A stretch of DNA of 63,015 nt, counting the filler, from Octopus bimaculoides (lineage: Eukaryota), in NCBI RefSeq assembly GCF_001194135.2. It is 4 parts of 4 records of this genome, joined end to end, with 100 filler letters (N's around TTAATTAATTAA, not from the genome) between each part and the next. Parts side by side here need not be neighbours in the genome. Positions count along the whole stretch, not along the records: positions 37,396 to 60,968 come from NC_068992.1; 3 more parts are not named here. The stretch is one strand, 5' to 3'. Below the pieces are notes generated by a model. That model searched no databases. It was not told the origin of the DNA and saw only the letters and a program-made list of their open reading frames with translations. This document shows positions 40,241 through 52,031 of this stretch, in pieces; positions within the stretch are counted from its first letter, which is position 1; each line of letters starts with the position of its first letter. Both the position numbers and the translations under genes were made by a program.

Positions 40241-41378
40241 CAAGGTTCTTGCTGTAAGGAAACCTGTTGTTACTAAAACCGTTTCTCATTCCTCAGGTTT
40301 TCAATAAATGCCATATTGTGCTGACATCTGCACTTGGTTTACTGACAGAATACTTTATGCTGTACCTCTAAGATTTCCAATATATTCTGTAAACATTCTC
40401 TTTGTCTTTAATAGAAATCTCACCTCAGAGCAGAATGGAATTTCTAACTATTCTACCAATAACATGAAAAAACACGTGTAAAATAAAAATGAATTTTTAC
40501 AATGTCAATGATAATAATGCATTTGGAAAATTTCTATCATCTCTGCACCTCATCATAATAAATAATAAATTTTAGAATAAGTTAAAGATTAGCCTTTTAC
40601 AGCATCAAACCATTAGTGGGTTTATGTCAATGTTTCCATACAAAAAAAAATCTTTGAACAGATTTACAATGCAGCAGCTTACCATTAATGATTGACCCCG
40701 GCATTTGTGTTGATGAAACGTTAAAGAACAGAAAGAAAGAAAGAATGCACTTTATCAGAAGACAAAATACTGTCGTTAAAGAAAATGTTATTTGGACTTA
40801 GAGACATGGTGGCAAGAAAATGGAGAATTAAAATAGTCAAATTACAGTAATTTTGGTGAACTTAGAAGATTATTCTTTTATATAATTATTTCATTTCCAA
40901 ATTACTGAAAAAAGAAAGCCACAACAAATATGGTTCCTTTCAGGTAATGGATAATGAATAAGACAAAACAAATCTTAGCAGCTGGAATAGTTAAAAATAG
41001 TGGTCTGCACATTCTGGCAAAATAAAAAAAAATCATTTAATGGTAGATGTTGCAACTAGAGTAGTTAAAGTTTTTAAAACAGTATAAAGTGACTAGCTTT
41101 TTATCAAATATAATCTTAAGTATTAAAAAAAGGAGTTTCTTCACATTACNNNNNNNNNNTTCAGTCATAAATTAATTTTCTTAAGAATTAGCACATACTG
41201 AATCTTTTCATTTTCTTTTAAAAATGTGATCTGCAGCTATATCTGTTTGACTGATAAATAATTTTCATGAACAGTGATCATTTTCTATGCATCATTAATC
41301 AATGGATATGTGATTTCACCAAGAAATTTTAGTTACTTCCTCTTTTTAAAGATTTAGAATTATTAATAAAAGGGGAAA

Positions 41379-41464
41379 CTATTTCTTCTTTTTAAAGCCA
41401 ATGGAAAATGTTGCTAGTTTGTTCTTGCGCAGCTTGTACATGTAATTAAGCAGCATGTAGGCAC
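41379..41464 (-). CDS. HACD3: HACD3 last exon (GAYMLLNYMYKLRKNKLATFSIGFKKKK*)
   Basis: Acceptor ctatttcag|GT, stop TAG at 41381-41379. The C-terminal dilysine fits an ER-retrieval signal. Confidence 0.93.
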
Positions 41465-44400
41465 CTGAAATAGAACAAAAAAGTAAGTTAGAATACTATA
41501 ATTCAAAGATACTAGTTAGCAGTGGTCTATAATGGAGAGGATCAGTTAAATAAAGTTCACAAAATGGAATACAATGTAAGCCCAAGGAGAAAGTAATGAT
41601 AGTTCCTGTCTAAAATGTTACAATGGTTTTGAATTTTGATAAAAACCTATTCTATTCTGCCAGAATGGGAAACAGACACAAAATGATGACGATGATGACA
41701 TATCAATTTGAAGCTACAAAATGATTCATTCAAAACAATGTGAATAAATAAGCATTAGATTTGAGAAAGTAATCTGAATGCGAAAGGATTAGAGAAATGT
41801 TTTTAGAAAAGGAATTATCTTACCTGGAATCAATGAAAATAAGTAGAATCTTAAAAACCAAGGAAAGTAAAATGAAAAATTTAAATTATTTGGCAGTGTC
41901 AAAGTAAATTTCCCAGAAATTTCATACATAGGTGCTCCAGCTAATATTATAGTTCCTAAAACGAAAATAGAAATTAAAAGTCAAAATGTGATTTTTAAAA
42001 GAAAGAAGAAAATGAGATAAATGAAATAAATTTTGCAATAATCAGGATGATAAAAGGTTCGCAATGTAATAAATATATGAAGCTCTTCAGTAAAACATAG
42101 TCTCCCTTTCAAACAAAGATAAGCAATAATAATAAGTTGATACAGAGCACACAAGAAGGGATGGATTTTAATAGCTGACATGTTGCTGTTATAATCTCAC
42201 CTTCTAGAAATAATCCTAATGGGTAGAGCACAAGCCAAGCTGAATACCGTAACCAAGTAATGAGAGCTGCTTCACGCTTAATTGACTGCAACATATAGTA
42301 AGGGTACCTAAAGATAGAAACAAAGTGTTAAAATATTTCAAAATATAAACAGAGAATTAATGACTTGTAGGGACACCGTACTTTGTTATGCAACCATAAT
42401 ATACTATAAAGAATATTAAATGTTTTTATAAGTCAATACCATGTTCTTCTGTGTTAGCAGTGCTATTACATCCTTTTTTTAAGGTTATCTCTACAGATTT
42501 TTTATTAAAGCAATGTGTTTGTGGATGGTTAAAGGGTTGGATGTGATGCTAAAGGAGCATGAACCCCTGAAATATGGCATATACACCTGTTTTTCCATCT
42601 TTGATTGCATTGTTTATATGAAGTGGATTGAGATGTGAAGCATGAGAGGAATTCCAACCATGTTTCGTGGTTCACTACCTCAACAGCTCCTTTATAGGAT
42701 CCAGTGGCCAAAGACATCATCAGGAGGAACCAGGTCCGGTTTCAGCCCCTACTCCTCTACCGCATAGTTTTGGCCCGTGCCCTCTCTAAACCTGCCTTCC
42801 AACAGTGTCATGTTAGTTTCAGTCCCAGCAGCCAGAGCCAGCCAGCTGTTTGGTGGCACAGGCCTTCGAACCAGGAGGAGGGCATGATAATTTATATTGT
42901 CACATAACATAATATTAATTTTAATCTAGTAATTTTCATTTATTTATTTTTATGTAAAATTTAATGAGTAAATAGAAAAAGAACCTAGTTTTTTTTCTCA
43001 ATTAATCCATCCTGACTAATGGAATCTTATTTACAAAAGTTTATTATTTAACTAACCTCTTTCAAAATACCGTCCAAAATATGAACTGGAACATTCCACA
43101 TAGAAGTTAACAATCAATAAAAATACTTTACCTTATCACTTCTGAAAAACTCCATACAAGGACCAAGTACCAAAATGATGGAACCTGTTGCAAATGAGTA
43201 TTGCAAGAGACTAACAGCAAGATGAAGTTTCTTCCCAGAACCTATTTGAAATGAAATCAGTTAATTCTATCAAGATTTCAGTTCGAAATCAAGGATGTAC
43301 AAGAGTGAGAAACAAATAAAGAAATTACATGAAAATGTATATTTGTAATAGAACAGTTTGGTGGTTCTATAATTATAATTCTGAAATTATTTTTGTATTT
43401 CAATTAATTATGATAAATTTGGCCCCTTTTTTTTTCCTCTTCAAAAGTCATGAGGACAAGAAAAAGGTGAAGAATATAGAAAACAACAGTGAATGCCAAC
43501 TTTGGATTATATCAAAATGATGGCATTTCTATAATTTTTTTAAACAAAGCTCACAAATCTTATTGAAGAAATAAAATAAGGAAAATGTTTTTTTACCTGA
43601 GTCAGTGCAGCAAAGAAATTGGTACGCACGATTCCAAGCAGAGGATGAAGAATCTCTAAGAAGCTTATGAGTTGTACAGTTATTAATTGACTGCCTAAAG
43701 TTTCATATATATTCAGTTTTGAATCTGAAATAAAAACCAGTAGTACAAGTGTAAGTAAAATTCCCTTAAAACAAAAAAAAGAAGGGACATTTTGGGTAAT
43801 GTAATCCTATGTTACTCATTTTGGCCCCCCAAAAATTAAATAAATATAAAGGGATGAGCTAGTAAGAGCAAAAGTGTAACTTTTTTTTAATAAGTCTTCA
43901 AGAAAAACTTAATTAAACAATATTTATCAAACACCCTCCTCCTCTCCTCATTACTCAGCAGGATGTCACTCATACTCATACTCTCTCTCTCACTCATAAG
44001 AAAAAAATAAATAAAAACTCTGAGCAATTGTTCACATTAAGTTGAAGACATCTATCACCCTTCATTTTTCCCTGCAGTGACTGCAAAGAGAGATGAAGGG
44101 CTATCCCTAGATCTTACCTTGTGCAAACCTTAGCCCTTACATGCCTCCCACAATGCTAACCTGAGCCCTTACACTCCTCCCACAATGCTAACCTTAGCCC
44201 TTACCCACCTCCCACAATGACACAAAAACCATATCTTTAAGCATGGTACAACAGCTAGTATTATCACTTAGTAGTTGCAATTTTTTCAACATACTGACAA
44301 ATCAAACACTCTTGACCTCAAAGCAGTCATTATCAAAACAGCTTTTATCAAACTATCGCCAGATCTGTACTTAATGGACTGTTCAACCTTTGCCTGATCA

Positions 44401-45380
44401 TAACTACCAACCACATATCTACATTGTTATATTGCACTAGTTTTACACTCTACCACACTACAAAAAGTACTACATGCTTTATCCATCTTACATAACAGGA
44501 TGCACCACAGATGCATCTGGTGCTTCTTATGCTTAATTTTTCACAATTCCTCCCACCTACATTTTATCTTGAAGATGTTGGAACTAAATATCAAATGTAT
44601 AAATTTCACCAGTCGTAGTGTAGAGATATGAAGGTAAAAGAGGATTATGTAAATGCTAATTACAGGATTTGGAATATCGGAAAAAAACCTTTGTAAATAT
44701 TTTGAATGTATGAAAAATATATTTTTGAAAATTGATTGGAAATGCAATATAAACATAAAATTCAAGATTAAGTACATTATTTCTGTCTAGAAAGATATTT
44801 GTTAACAGGTAATTTCAGGAAAGGTTTCAAATAAGTGGTACATGACATGTTGATGTGAATATCAAATTACTTTTTGAATAGGTGTAAAAAAGGTATACAT
44901 GTGTGAGGCTCAATCTGTTACCTTTCCAATCCTGCTATCCTTCATTCTTTTTCCTTTTGTTCTAATGGGTGTAAGCATCCTTCACACCAACCAGGCAAGG
45001 AATCCCTTACAGCCAACCAATGCCTTGTGGGTGAATTTGGTAGACAGAAACTGTGTGGAAGGCTGTCATATATATATATATATANNNNNNNNNNNNNNNN
45101 NNNNNNNNNNNNNNNNNNNNNNNNNNNNNNNNNNNNNNNNNNNNNNNNNNNNNNNNNNNNNNNNNNNNNNNNNNNNNNNNNNNNNNNNNNNNNNNNNNNN
45201 NNNNNNNNNNNNNNNNNNNNNNNNNNNNNNNNNNNNNNNNNNNNNNNNNNNNNNNNNNNNNNNNNNNNNNNNNNNNNNNNNNNNNNNNNNNNNNNNNNNN
45301 NNNNNNNNNNNNNNNNNNNNNNNNNNNNNNNNNNNNNNNNNNNNNNNNNNNNNNNNNNNNNNNNNNNNNNNNNNNNNNNN

Positions 45381-45417
<37 letters not shown>

Positions 45418-48400
45418 TATATATGCTTGTGTGTGTCTGTGTTTGTTCCCCCACCGTTGCTTGACAACCGATGTTGATGTGTTTACGTCCCCATAACTCA
45501 GCGGTTCAGCAAAAGGGACCGTCAGAATAAGTACTAGGCTTACAAAGAATAAGTCCTGGGGTCAATTTGTTCAACTAAAGGTGGTGCTCCAGCATGGCCA
45601 TAGTCAAATGACTGAAACAAGTAAGAGAATGAGAGAATATATATTTTGTTTAAGCATTGCGCGACTAATAACCTGATATAGAACTCCATATACACATGCT
45701 TCATAAGAAAGTGTTAGATGAGGAAAAAGCAGTAACAAGAAAATGAGATGACAACTGTTTTTTTCTCTGTCATGTCATTTTCATAGACTGATAATGAGCA
45801 ATGACTCTGAAACTAGTCTCTGGATGCTGGCTTTGCTGGGTGGATGTGCTTATCTCTCCTTTGAAAACATAAGGACACAGAAAATGTGTCACGGCCAACT
45901 GGAAACAGTGTTTCCTAGCGCTAAATAGCAGTAGCATTCTTCCCTTTCATGGGACTGCAACATTAAGTTGGCAACATACCATCACTTTATATATTTATAT
46001 ATATTTGAAAACTGACCACAGCTGCATGGCTGAAACAAATTATATATATATATATATATCACAAGGTTGTTGGTTTTTTTTTTTTTTCATACGGTCCTCT
46101 ATAATCTTGAAAATAGCAATAAAATTACTCAAATTCCAATTTAATTGGTTAAAAACTGCATTACTGACCTTCTCCATATCTGTAGTAATGGTACTGCATG
46201 ATGCCACAAATATAAGAATAGCCCATGAATTGGAATAAATTATACAGGAACAGGTAATTAAAGTTGATTGAAGATTTAACTAAAAAAAATAAAATAAAAT
46301 AAAAGGTATAAAACAAACAGTCAGAGAAATCGTTTCAGGTTGTTTTCATCATGAGAGATAATGAGATAAATACAACACTTCTGTAAAACAGAAATAAACA
46401 GTCATTCTTTTGATAAATAGAATTATCTTTCTCCTTTTTCAAATGAAAACACAAAATAACACAAATCTGAAATCAAAAGAAACCCTTTGGAAAATTCTTT
46501 ATACAGGGTGTTCAGAAAGTCTCTCCACAGTGAAATTTTTCATCCTGCGCATCAGCCTGGGCTGATCAAAACCTCATGATGAGTTTGGTAGACAGAAACT
46601 GAAAGAAGCCTTTTGTATATGTGTGTGCGTGTTTGTCCCACCACCACCACCACCACCAGACAGCTGGTGTTGGTGCTTGTGTTCCCGTAACTTAGCAGTT
46701 TGGCAAAAGAGATCAACAGGCTTAAAAAATAGAAAAGTATTGGGGTCGATTCATTTGAGGCGGTGCCCCAGCATGGCCGCAGTGCAATAATGACTGAAAC
46801 AAGTAAAACAAATATAACTGTTTTACCCATAATGGTAAATAAGTGAAGCAGAAAAATGAGTGACAATAACAACACTAACCTTCAACTTGTTTAAGATCAC
46901 TTTCAAGTTTCTTCATTATTGATGTTTTGGAGGGCTTAAAGAAAAACATAAATAAAATTTAGTCAGAAGCCATAAGATACAGAGAACTGCAATAATACAC
47001 TCCTTTAATATTCTTAAAGTCTAAGGTAGCGAGCTGGCAGAAACGTTAGCAAGCTGGGCAAAATGCCTGGAGAATAAGACTTCAGGTCTTATTTTTGCAT
47101 TATGGCCCAGCGTCGACCAATAGTGCAGTGGTTATACTTTTAAATTTTATTTTAGAAATTTACATGATGGGGGTGAGGGTTCCAATAAATTATCAACAAT
47201 TCCATAAAAGGGGTCAATGATATACGAAGTTTGCCAACTCCTGTTCTAAAGGAATGTGAACGAGATTTTGACACTCAAAGCTGATTATGATTGTATCCCA
47301 AAATACAAATAATTATTCACCTCATATTCTGGTTTATCATCGGAATCATCTTCAAGAGCAAATTTATCAAAATCAATCTTTAACCATTGCTGTTTTTCTG
47401 GTTTGTAGGTTAGACGAGGCCAAACTTCACCGATTCCTCTTTTTTGGAAACGAAATTCAACAGCACGGTCACTGATCCGGTAAAAACTTTTCTGGAAGCA
47501 TAAAACAGTTATAAAACAGTTATAAAACTGTTGTAGTGTGAACAACAACAGTTTCACGGAAGGAAGTCAATAAAATTGCTGTTACAAAAATTGTTTTATA
47601 TGATGAGCAACAAATTGCAATTGTGCATGATTAAAAATAACAAGTAGTAAAGTACGGACTAAACTCTAAGCATTAATTAATTAAGATGATTAAATCAAGC
47701 TGTGATTATCAGGCAACTGATTTGTCAGCCTTGACTGAAAACCTTGCTTATCATCATCATTTAGCATCTGCTTTCCATGCTGGAATAGGTTTGACATTTT
47801 GACTGGAACTAGTAAGCCAGAGATCTGGACCAGATTTGGCATGGTTTCTACTGTTGATGCCATTCCTAACGCCAACCACTCCAAGAGTGTAATAGGTGCG
47901 TTTTACGTGCCAACGGCATTTGTACTCTTGTTCCACCAGCAGATGTGCTTTAATGTTCCACTGGCACAGGTGCCAGTTACATGACCCTGGCATTGGCCAG
48001 GACTACGATTTCACTTGGCTTGACGAGACTTTCTTAAGTACAGCATATCACGAAAGGTCTCCCTTACTTGTCATCACCTCCATGCAAAAATAACTTTGCC
48101 AAGGTTTTTCTCAACAACAAGGGACCACCAAGTCTGAAGCCTGGCCAAGTGACTAACATATGACTAACAAAGAATGGTACACAAAGAATATTGCAGAGAG
48201 AGGTCATTTTTCTTTTTAATGGACTCAGTTACCATAAATATAATAGTTAAGATGAAAGTCCCCAGCCCTCTGTTGGTATGGCAACTGTTCTGGTTGATCC
48301 GATCAACAGAACAGCCTGCTCGTGGACTTATTGCGCATGTGGCTGAGCACTTCACAGACAAGCACACCCTTAGCAAAGTTCTCAAGGAGATTCCGTATGA

Positions 48401-49352
48401 CACAGAATACGACATCGTTGGGCCCTTTCCAATTACAGGTACTATGCCAGCTGAGTGGACTGGAGCAATGTGAAATAAAGTGTCTTGCTCAAGGACACAA
48501 CACGTTACCAAGATTTGATCTCATGACCTCATGATTGTGAGTCAAATACCATAACCACAAAGTCAATAATTAGAAAGGTTGAGTAATTTATCTCTGAGTA
48601 ACGAACAAAGCAAAATTCTTCCATATTAGTACAATAATTATTTAAAGATGAAAGTTAAAATAAAAATCAAAAGAAATGTCCTTATTTACCTCTGACTCCA
48701 CAGGGAGGTAGAAATCAATATTAAAGCAGTAAACATTTTCACCGCGAACCCCTTGACCGATAGCATTAAAACTGACAGAATCATCGGTGATTTCTATAGT
48801 TTCATCCTGGAAATTAAAAAAGAAGTTTAGGAATTATTTTTTTTTTTTAATACAAAAATTATTTTTCAGAATGTGTCAAGTTTAACTCTTTAGCATTTAA
48901 TCTGGCCAAATCCGGCTCAAAGATTTTACTTTTCAATCATCATCATCATTGTCGTTTAATGTCCACTTTCCCTGCTGCCATGGGTTGGATGGTTTGACTG
49001 AGGACTGGCGAGCTAGAAGGCTGCATCAGGCTCCAATCTGATCTGGCAAAGTTTCTACAGCTTTTACATGGCGCCATCACCAGTGCTTTTAATGTGGCAC
49101 CAGTACCAGTGTTTTCCACATGGCACCAGCACCTACACCAATGCTTTGTATGTGGCACCTTGATTTTAGGATCTCAATTCTGTTGTGGTGGGCAGGTCTT
49201 TTTGATATAGTAATGTGGCACCCACAAATGACATTTAAAATTTATGACAGCTGTTTTGGCAAAATTTTATTCAATGTAGTCATAAAAGACATTATAATTT
49301 CACCAACATCAGGTGAAATTTTAAACATTTGTTGTATTGGTAATGCATTCAG

Positions 49353-49403
<51 letters not shown>

Positions 49404-51727
49404 NNNNNNNNNNNNNNNNNNNNNNNNNNNNNNNNNNNNNNNNNNNNNNNNNNNNNNNCAAAAGACACTTGCCCAAGGTGTCACGAAGTGGGACTGAACC
49501 CAGAATCACTGTAAATGTTGCACTTTTGTGTCTTAAAATCACACGATTGCATTTTCTTTACACACTGTGCTATCACTCAGTGATTTTTAAATAGGGGTAC
49601 AAAGAATTTTTGTTTAAATCTGGTGATCCTTTGTTTAGGGGACTGTAACATCATGAAACTGAAACCAACGAGTGGGGGGAATGTAAAAATATTTTGGTGA
49701 GTTTGAATAAATGAAACGAATAAGTAAATACTTCAATATGGTATTTTTACAAATTTCTGTTTTTACTCAACAGCACAATTTTAATTTGTGTAAAAAAAAA
49801 AAAAGACGATTACTACAAATCATCACATGCATTAGTCAAGAAGAAAAAGTGCAATGTGTACGATTATATCCGACATTCACTAAACTGAAATATAATAATC
49901 GCATGAGCTAAATTATGTCTCATACATGTCATAAATATGAGGGTAATAAATTTTAATAATTTATTACCAGTGGTTAGCATGCATAAATAAGTCGTAAGAC
50001 GTAACATATTTTAAAAAATATAAGAGTGGATAAAATCTTTTATATACACAAAGAGGAAAGCATTAACAGGACTCCTTACATGCTAAAAAGGCCAGTTAAA
50101 ACCCAAATCACAAAAAAAGAGAATTCATGAGGCACACTGTTATAACACTAGAATGAACAACAAAAATGAATTAGTTAATCCTGAACTCAAGTTATATTTT
50201 TAAAAATATATTTACATTTGAGACAAGACTCATACACTTCACTATCCATTCTTAGACATCAGAAAGATCAGAAATGCAATTAAAGAGCTGAGTATTAATT
50301 GATTTATCTCTATTCTCTTATTTTTCTTAAATAAATATAAACCTCGGTTTATCTAATTACCTGAATATAATATTCAAAACAAACAATAGGTAAATAAACC
50401 AGCAAATTCATTGGATTTTATTATCCCTTAATGAGATATTTAACTTTTAATTGAACCATATGTGTGTGTGTATTGAATAAAATGAGACAACAAAGCCAAG
50501 GAAGTGTGAAATTTCTAGGCCATTTATCAAGAGAAACGTAGTCTTACAGCTGTCTCAAGGATATCCCTTTATCAAAGACGACATGACAGAGTTAAATAGA
50601 GAGAAATAGTAGAGTTCAATATAATAAATCATTGGCGAAAGCAAAGAATATACACACCTGGTGTTTAGGGATTCTGTGACACAGAAAATGGGTGGTGCAC
50701 GCATTCTTTACCTCTGCCAAAGTTATTTTGGAAAGGGAGAGGCATAGGCGGTATAAATGGAAACGAGAGAATAAAAATATATATACCTCCTATATCTGTC
50801 CCTTTCCAAAATAACGCCTTATATTGAACTCTATTTAACTCTCTCATATCGTCTCCGATGAAGGGATATCCCTAATATCCTTGAAACAGCTGTAAGATTA
50901 CCTTTCTCTTAATAAATGTCCTGAAAATGCCAGTCAGCCTTGGCTTTATTGTCTCGTTTTATTGAACATATACACGCTGACACACGACCCGCATTAGACT
51001 CCTTACTTATACTATTATTAAACCGGGAATCTAACTACAGTCCTTCCGTAGCACTTACATAGCCTTACCTACCATTCTGGATCTTCTGAATACCAAAACC
51101 TCACACACACACACACATATATATATATATAACCTCAATGGATTGTTTGAACCTCACATGTAATGTTCACACACACTCATTTCGATCGCAGAGGTTGGAA
51201 CTATTATAAAGAAATCAAGATAATTATTAATGACAACTGATAACGTTTATATTCTCGTTAATGTTTCTAGAATGAAAATTTTTATCGTGGTGAAAATAAC
51301 GTTTGTGGGGCCCATGCCGAACAACCACCTTTATCGAAATACAGCCAAACATTTTAAATGAGTATTTATAGAATAAGTGGGGAAAAATGGTGCGATTAAT
51401 ATTTCAATTTAAAAGCAAGGAGGTATAATTGAATTTTTAAACAAGGATATATTTTTCGAGGAGTTTATTACTCAAGAATTCCGTTTATACGTTGCAAAGT
51501 TGAGATGTTTTATGAAGATTTCTTTTTTTTTTTTTTAAATATATTTTCGTTCAGTGGAATCAATTCATTGATTGATCGGTTGAAATAAAGAGGAATCGAA
51601 AGACTTGGACAAGAGTTAAGAATAAATAAATGTTATTACTCACACAAACATCCCTTAAATCGACTTTCAAAGAAACATGATCGTTCTTTTGTCCCCAATA
51701 GACAAAAGGTCGCAAAGACTCGGCCAT
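41379..51727 (-). CDS. HACD3: Very-long-chain (3R)-3-hydroxyacyl-CoA dehydratase 3 (HACD3/PTPLAD1), complete spliced CDS: join(51727-51644,48806-48690,47491-47321,46934-46880,46279-46169,43724-43597,43241-43132,42307-42201,41955-41824,41464-41379)
   Basis: Exons of 84+117+171+55+111+128+110+107+132+86 = 1101 nt give 366 aa. N-terminal CS/p23 domain (PFVYWGQ, WPRLT, WLKIDFDK), then a multi-TM PTPLA domain (YLFLYNLFQF, QVLGRNFIL, WLRYSAWLVLYPLGLFLE with the catalytic Y-x6-E spacing of Phs1/HACD), ending in KKKK. Confidence 0.95.
41824..41955 (-). CDS. HACD3: HACD3 exon 9 (GTIILAGAPMYEISGKFTLTLPNNLNFSFYFPWFLRFYLFSLIP)
   Basis: Acceptor tcgttttag|GA, donor CCAG|gtaaga. Confidence 0.93.
42201..42307 (-). 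CDS. HACD3: HACD3 exon 8 (YPYYMLQSIKREAALITWLRYSAWLVLYPLGLFLE), contains the catalytic Tyr and Glu
   Basis: Acceptor tatctttag|G, donor GAAG|gtgaga. Confidence 0.95.
43132..43241 (-). CDS. HACD3: HACD3 exon 7 (VLGRNFILLLV...WYLVLVWSFSEVIR)
   Basis: Acceptor ttcaaatag|GTT, donor AG|gtaaag. Confidence 0.93.
43597..43724 (-). CDS. HACD3: HACD3 exon 6 (DSKLNIYETLG...LEILHPLLGIVRTNFFAALTQ)
   Basis: Acceptor ttatttcag|AT, donor CAG|gtaaaa. Confidence 0.93.
44126..44219. repeat. 32-bp minisatellite, about 3 copies, HACD3 intron 5
   Basis: Unit aaccttagcccttacatgcctcccacaatgct. Confidence 0.9.
45020..45640 (+). mobile_element. SINE family B in HACD3 intron 5 (gap in its internal microsatellite)
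   Basis: ggtagacagaaactg...(TA)n/N gap...cttgacaacc-atg...aatgactgaaacaagta. Confidence 0.85.
46169..46279 (-). CDS. HACD3: HACD3 exon 5 (VKSSINFNYLFLYNLFQFMGYSYICGIMQYHYYRYGE)
   Basis: Acceptor ttttttag|TT, donor GAAG|gtcagt. Confidence 0.93.
46570..46808 (+). mobile_element. SINE family B in HACD3 intron 4
   Basis: Homology to 61069-61285. Confidence 0.8.
46880..46934 (-). CDS. HACD3: HACD3 exon 4 (PSKTSIMKKLESDLKQVE)
   Basis: Acceptor tttctttaag|CCC, donor GAAG|gttagt. The 55-nt length restores the phase needed by exon 5. Confidence 0.85.
47321..47491 (-). CDS. HACD3: HACD3 exon 3 (KSFYRISDRAVEFRFQK...EDDSDDKPEYE)
   Basis: Acceptor gcttccag|AAA, donor GAG|gtgaat. Confidence 0.94.
47750..48085 (-). 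mobile_element. RTE-clade LINE 3' end, HACD3 intron 2
   Basis: (ATC)n tail at left; same family as 38262-38703. Confidence 0.8.
48250..48560 (-). mobile_element. SINE with family-D head and a different 3' body, HACD3 intron 2
   Basis: gagtggactggagcaatgtgaaataaagtgtcttgctcaaggacacaa is the reverse complement of the D central domain. The downstream body differs from 937-1269. Confidence 0.7.
48690..48806 (-). CDS. HACD3: HACD3 exon 2 (DETIEITDDSVSFNAIGQGVRGENVYCFNIDFYLPVESE)
   Basis: Acceptor aatttccag|GAT, donor GAG|gtaaat. Confidence 0.93.
48939..49165 (-). mobile_element. RTE-clade LINE 3' end, HACD3 intron 1
   Basis: catcatcattgtcgtttaatgtccactttcc...ggctccaatctgatctggc. Confidence 0.8.
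50462..50976. mobile_element. Foldback element with long inverted arms, each carrying a PLE-type minimal hammerhead motif
   Basis: 50462-50623 is the reverse complement of about 50819-50976. Inner IR 50722-50755 / 50782-50815 matches at 30 of 34 positions. Confidence 0.75.
51644..51727 (-). CDS. HACD3: HACD3 exon 1 (MAESLRPFVYWGQKNDHVSLKVDLRDVC)
   Basis: ATG at 51727, donor TGT|gtgagt. Confidence 0.92.
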
Positions 51728-52022
51728 AATTCCAACTGGACTTTGTAACCAAACCGGTGCTGAAGGTAATTAGTTACCCAATTATTATTATTCTGATTTG
51801 GTTTCAGCATTCAATGGAAAATATAACTTCCAGTTATTTCGAACTTCAATATTTATAAATTGAAATGTATTAATTAATGATTTAAGAAGTTGATTTTTCC
51901 ACCGTTTGTGAATTTTATTAACATAACAAGATCTTTTGGAAGAATTTTAAAAAGATCCCCCTTAACGTAGTTACGAAAAGTTCACTAACTAGAATAAGCT
52001 AGTTCGGCGCAGTTTCGAATCA

Positions 52023-52031
52023 CACTTCCGC
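52023..52031 (-). promoter_or_regulatory. ETS-type motif GCGGAAGTG in the probable HACD3 promoter
   Basis: About 300 nt upstream of the HACD3 ATG, in a stretch visibly richer in CpG than the gene bodies. Motif match only. Confidence 0.35.

Noticed and set aside
46501-46548. tacagggtgttcagaaagtc...ttttcatcctg as a Tc1-type mini element
   Set aside because: The ends match each other only loosely and no second copy was seen.
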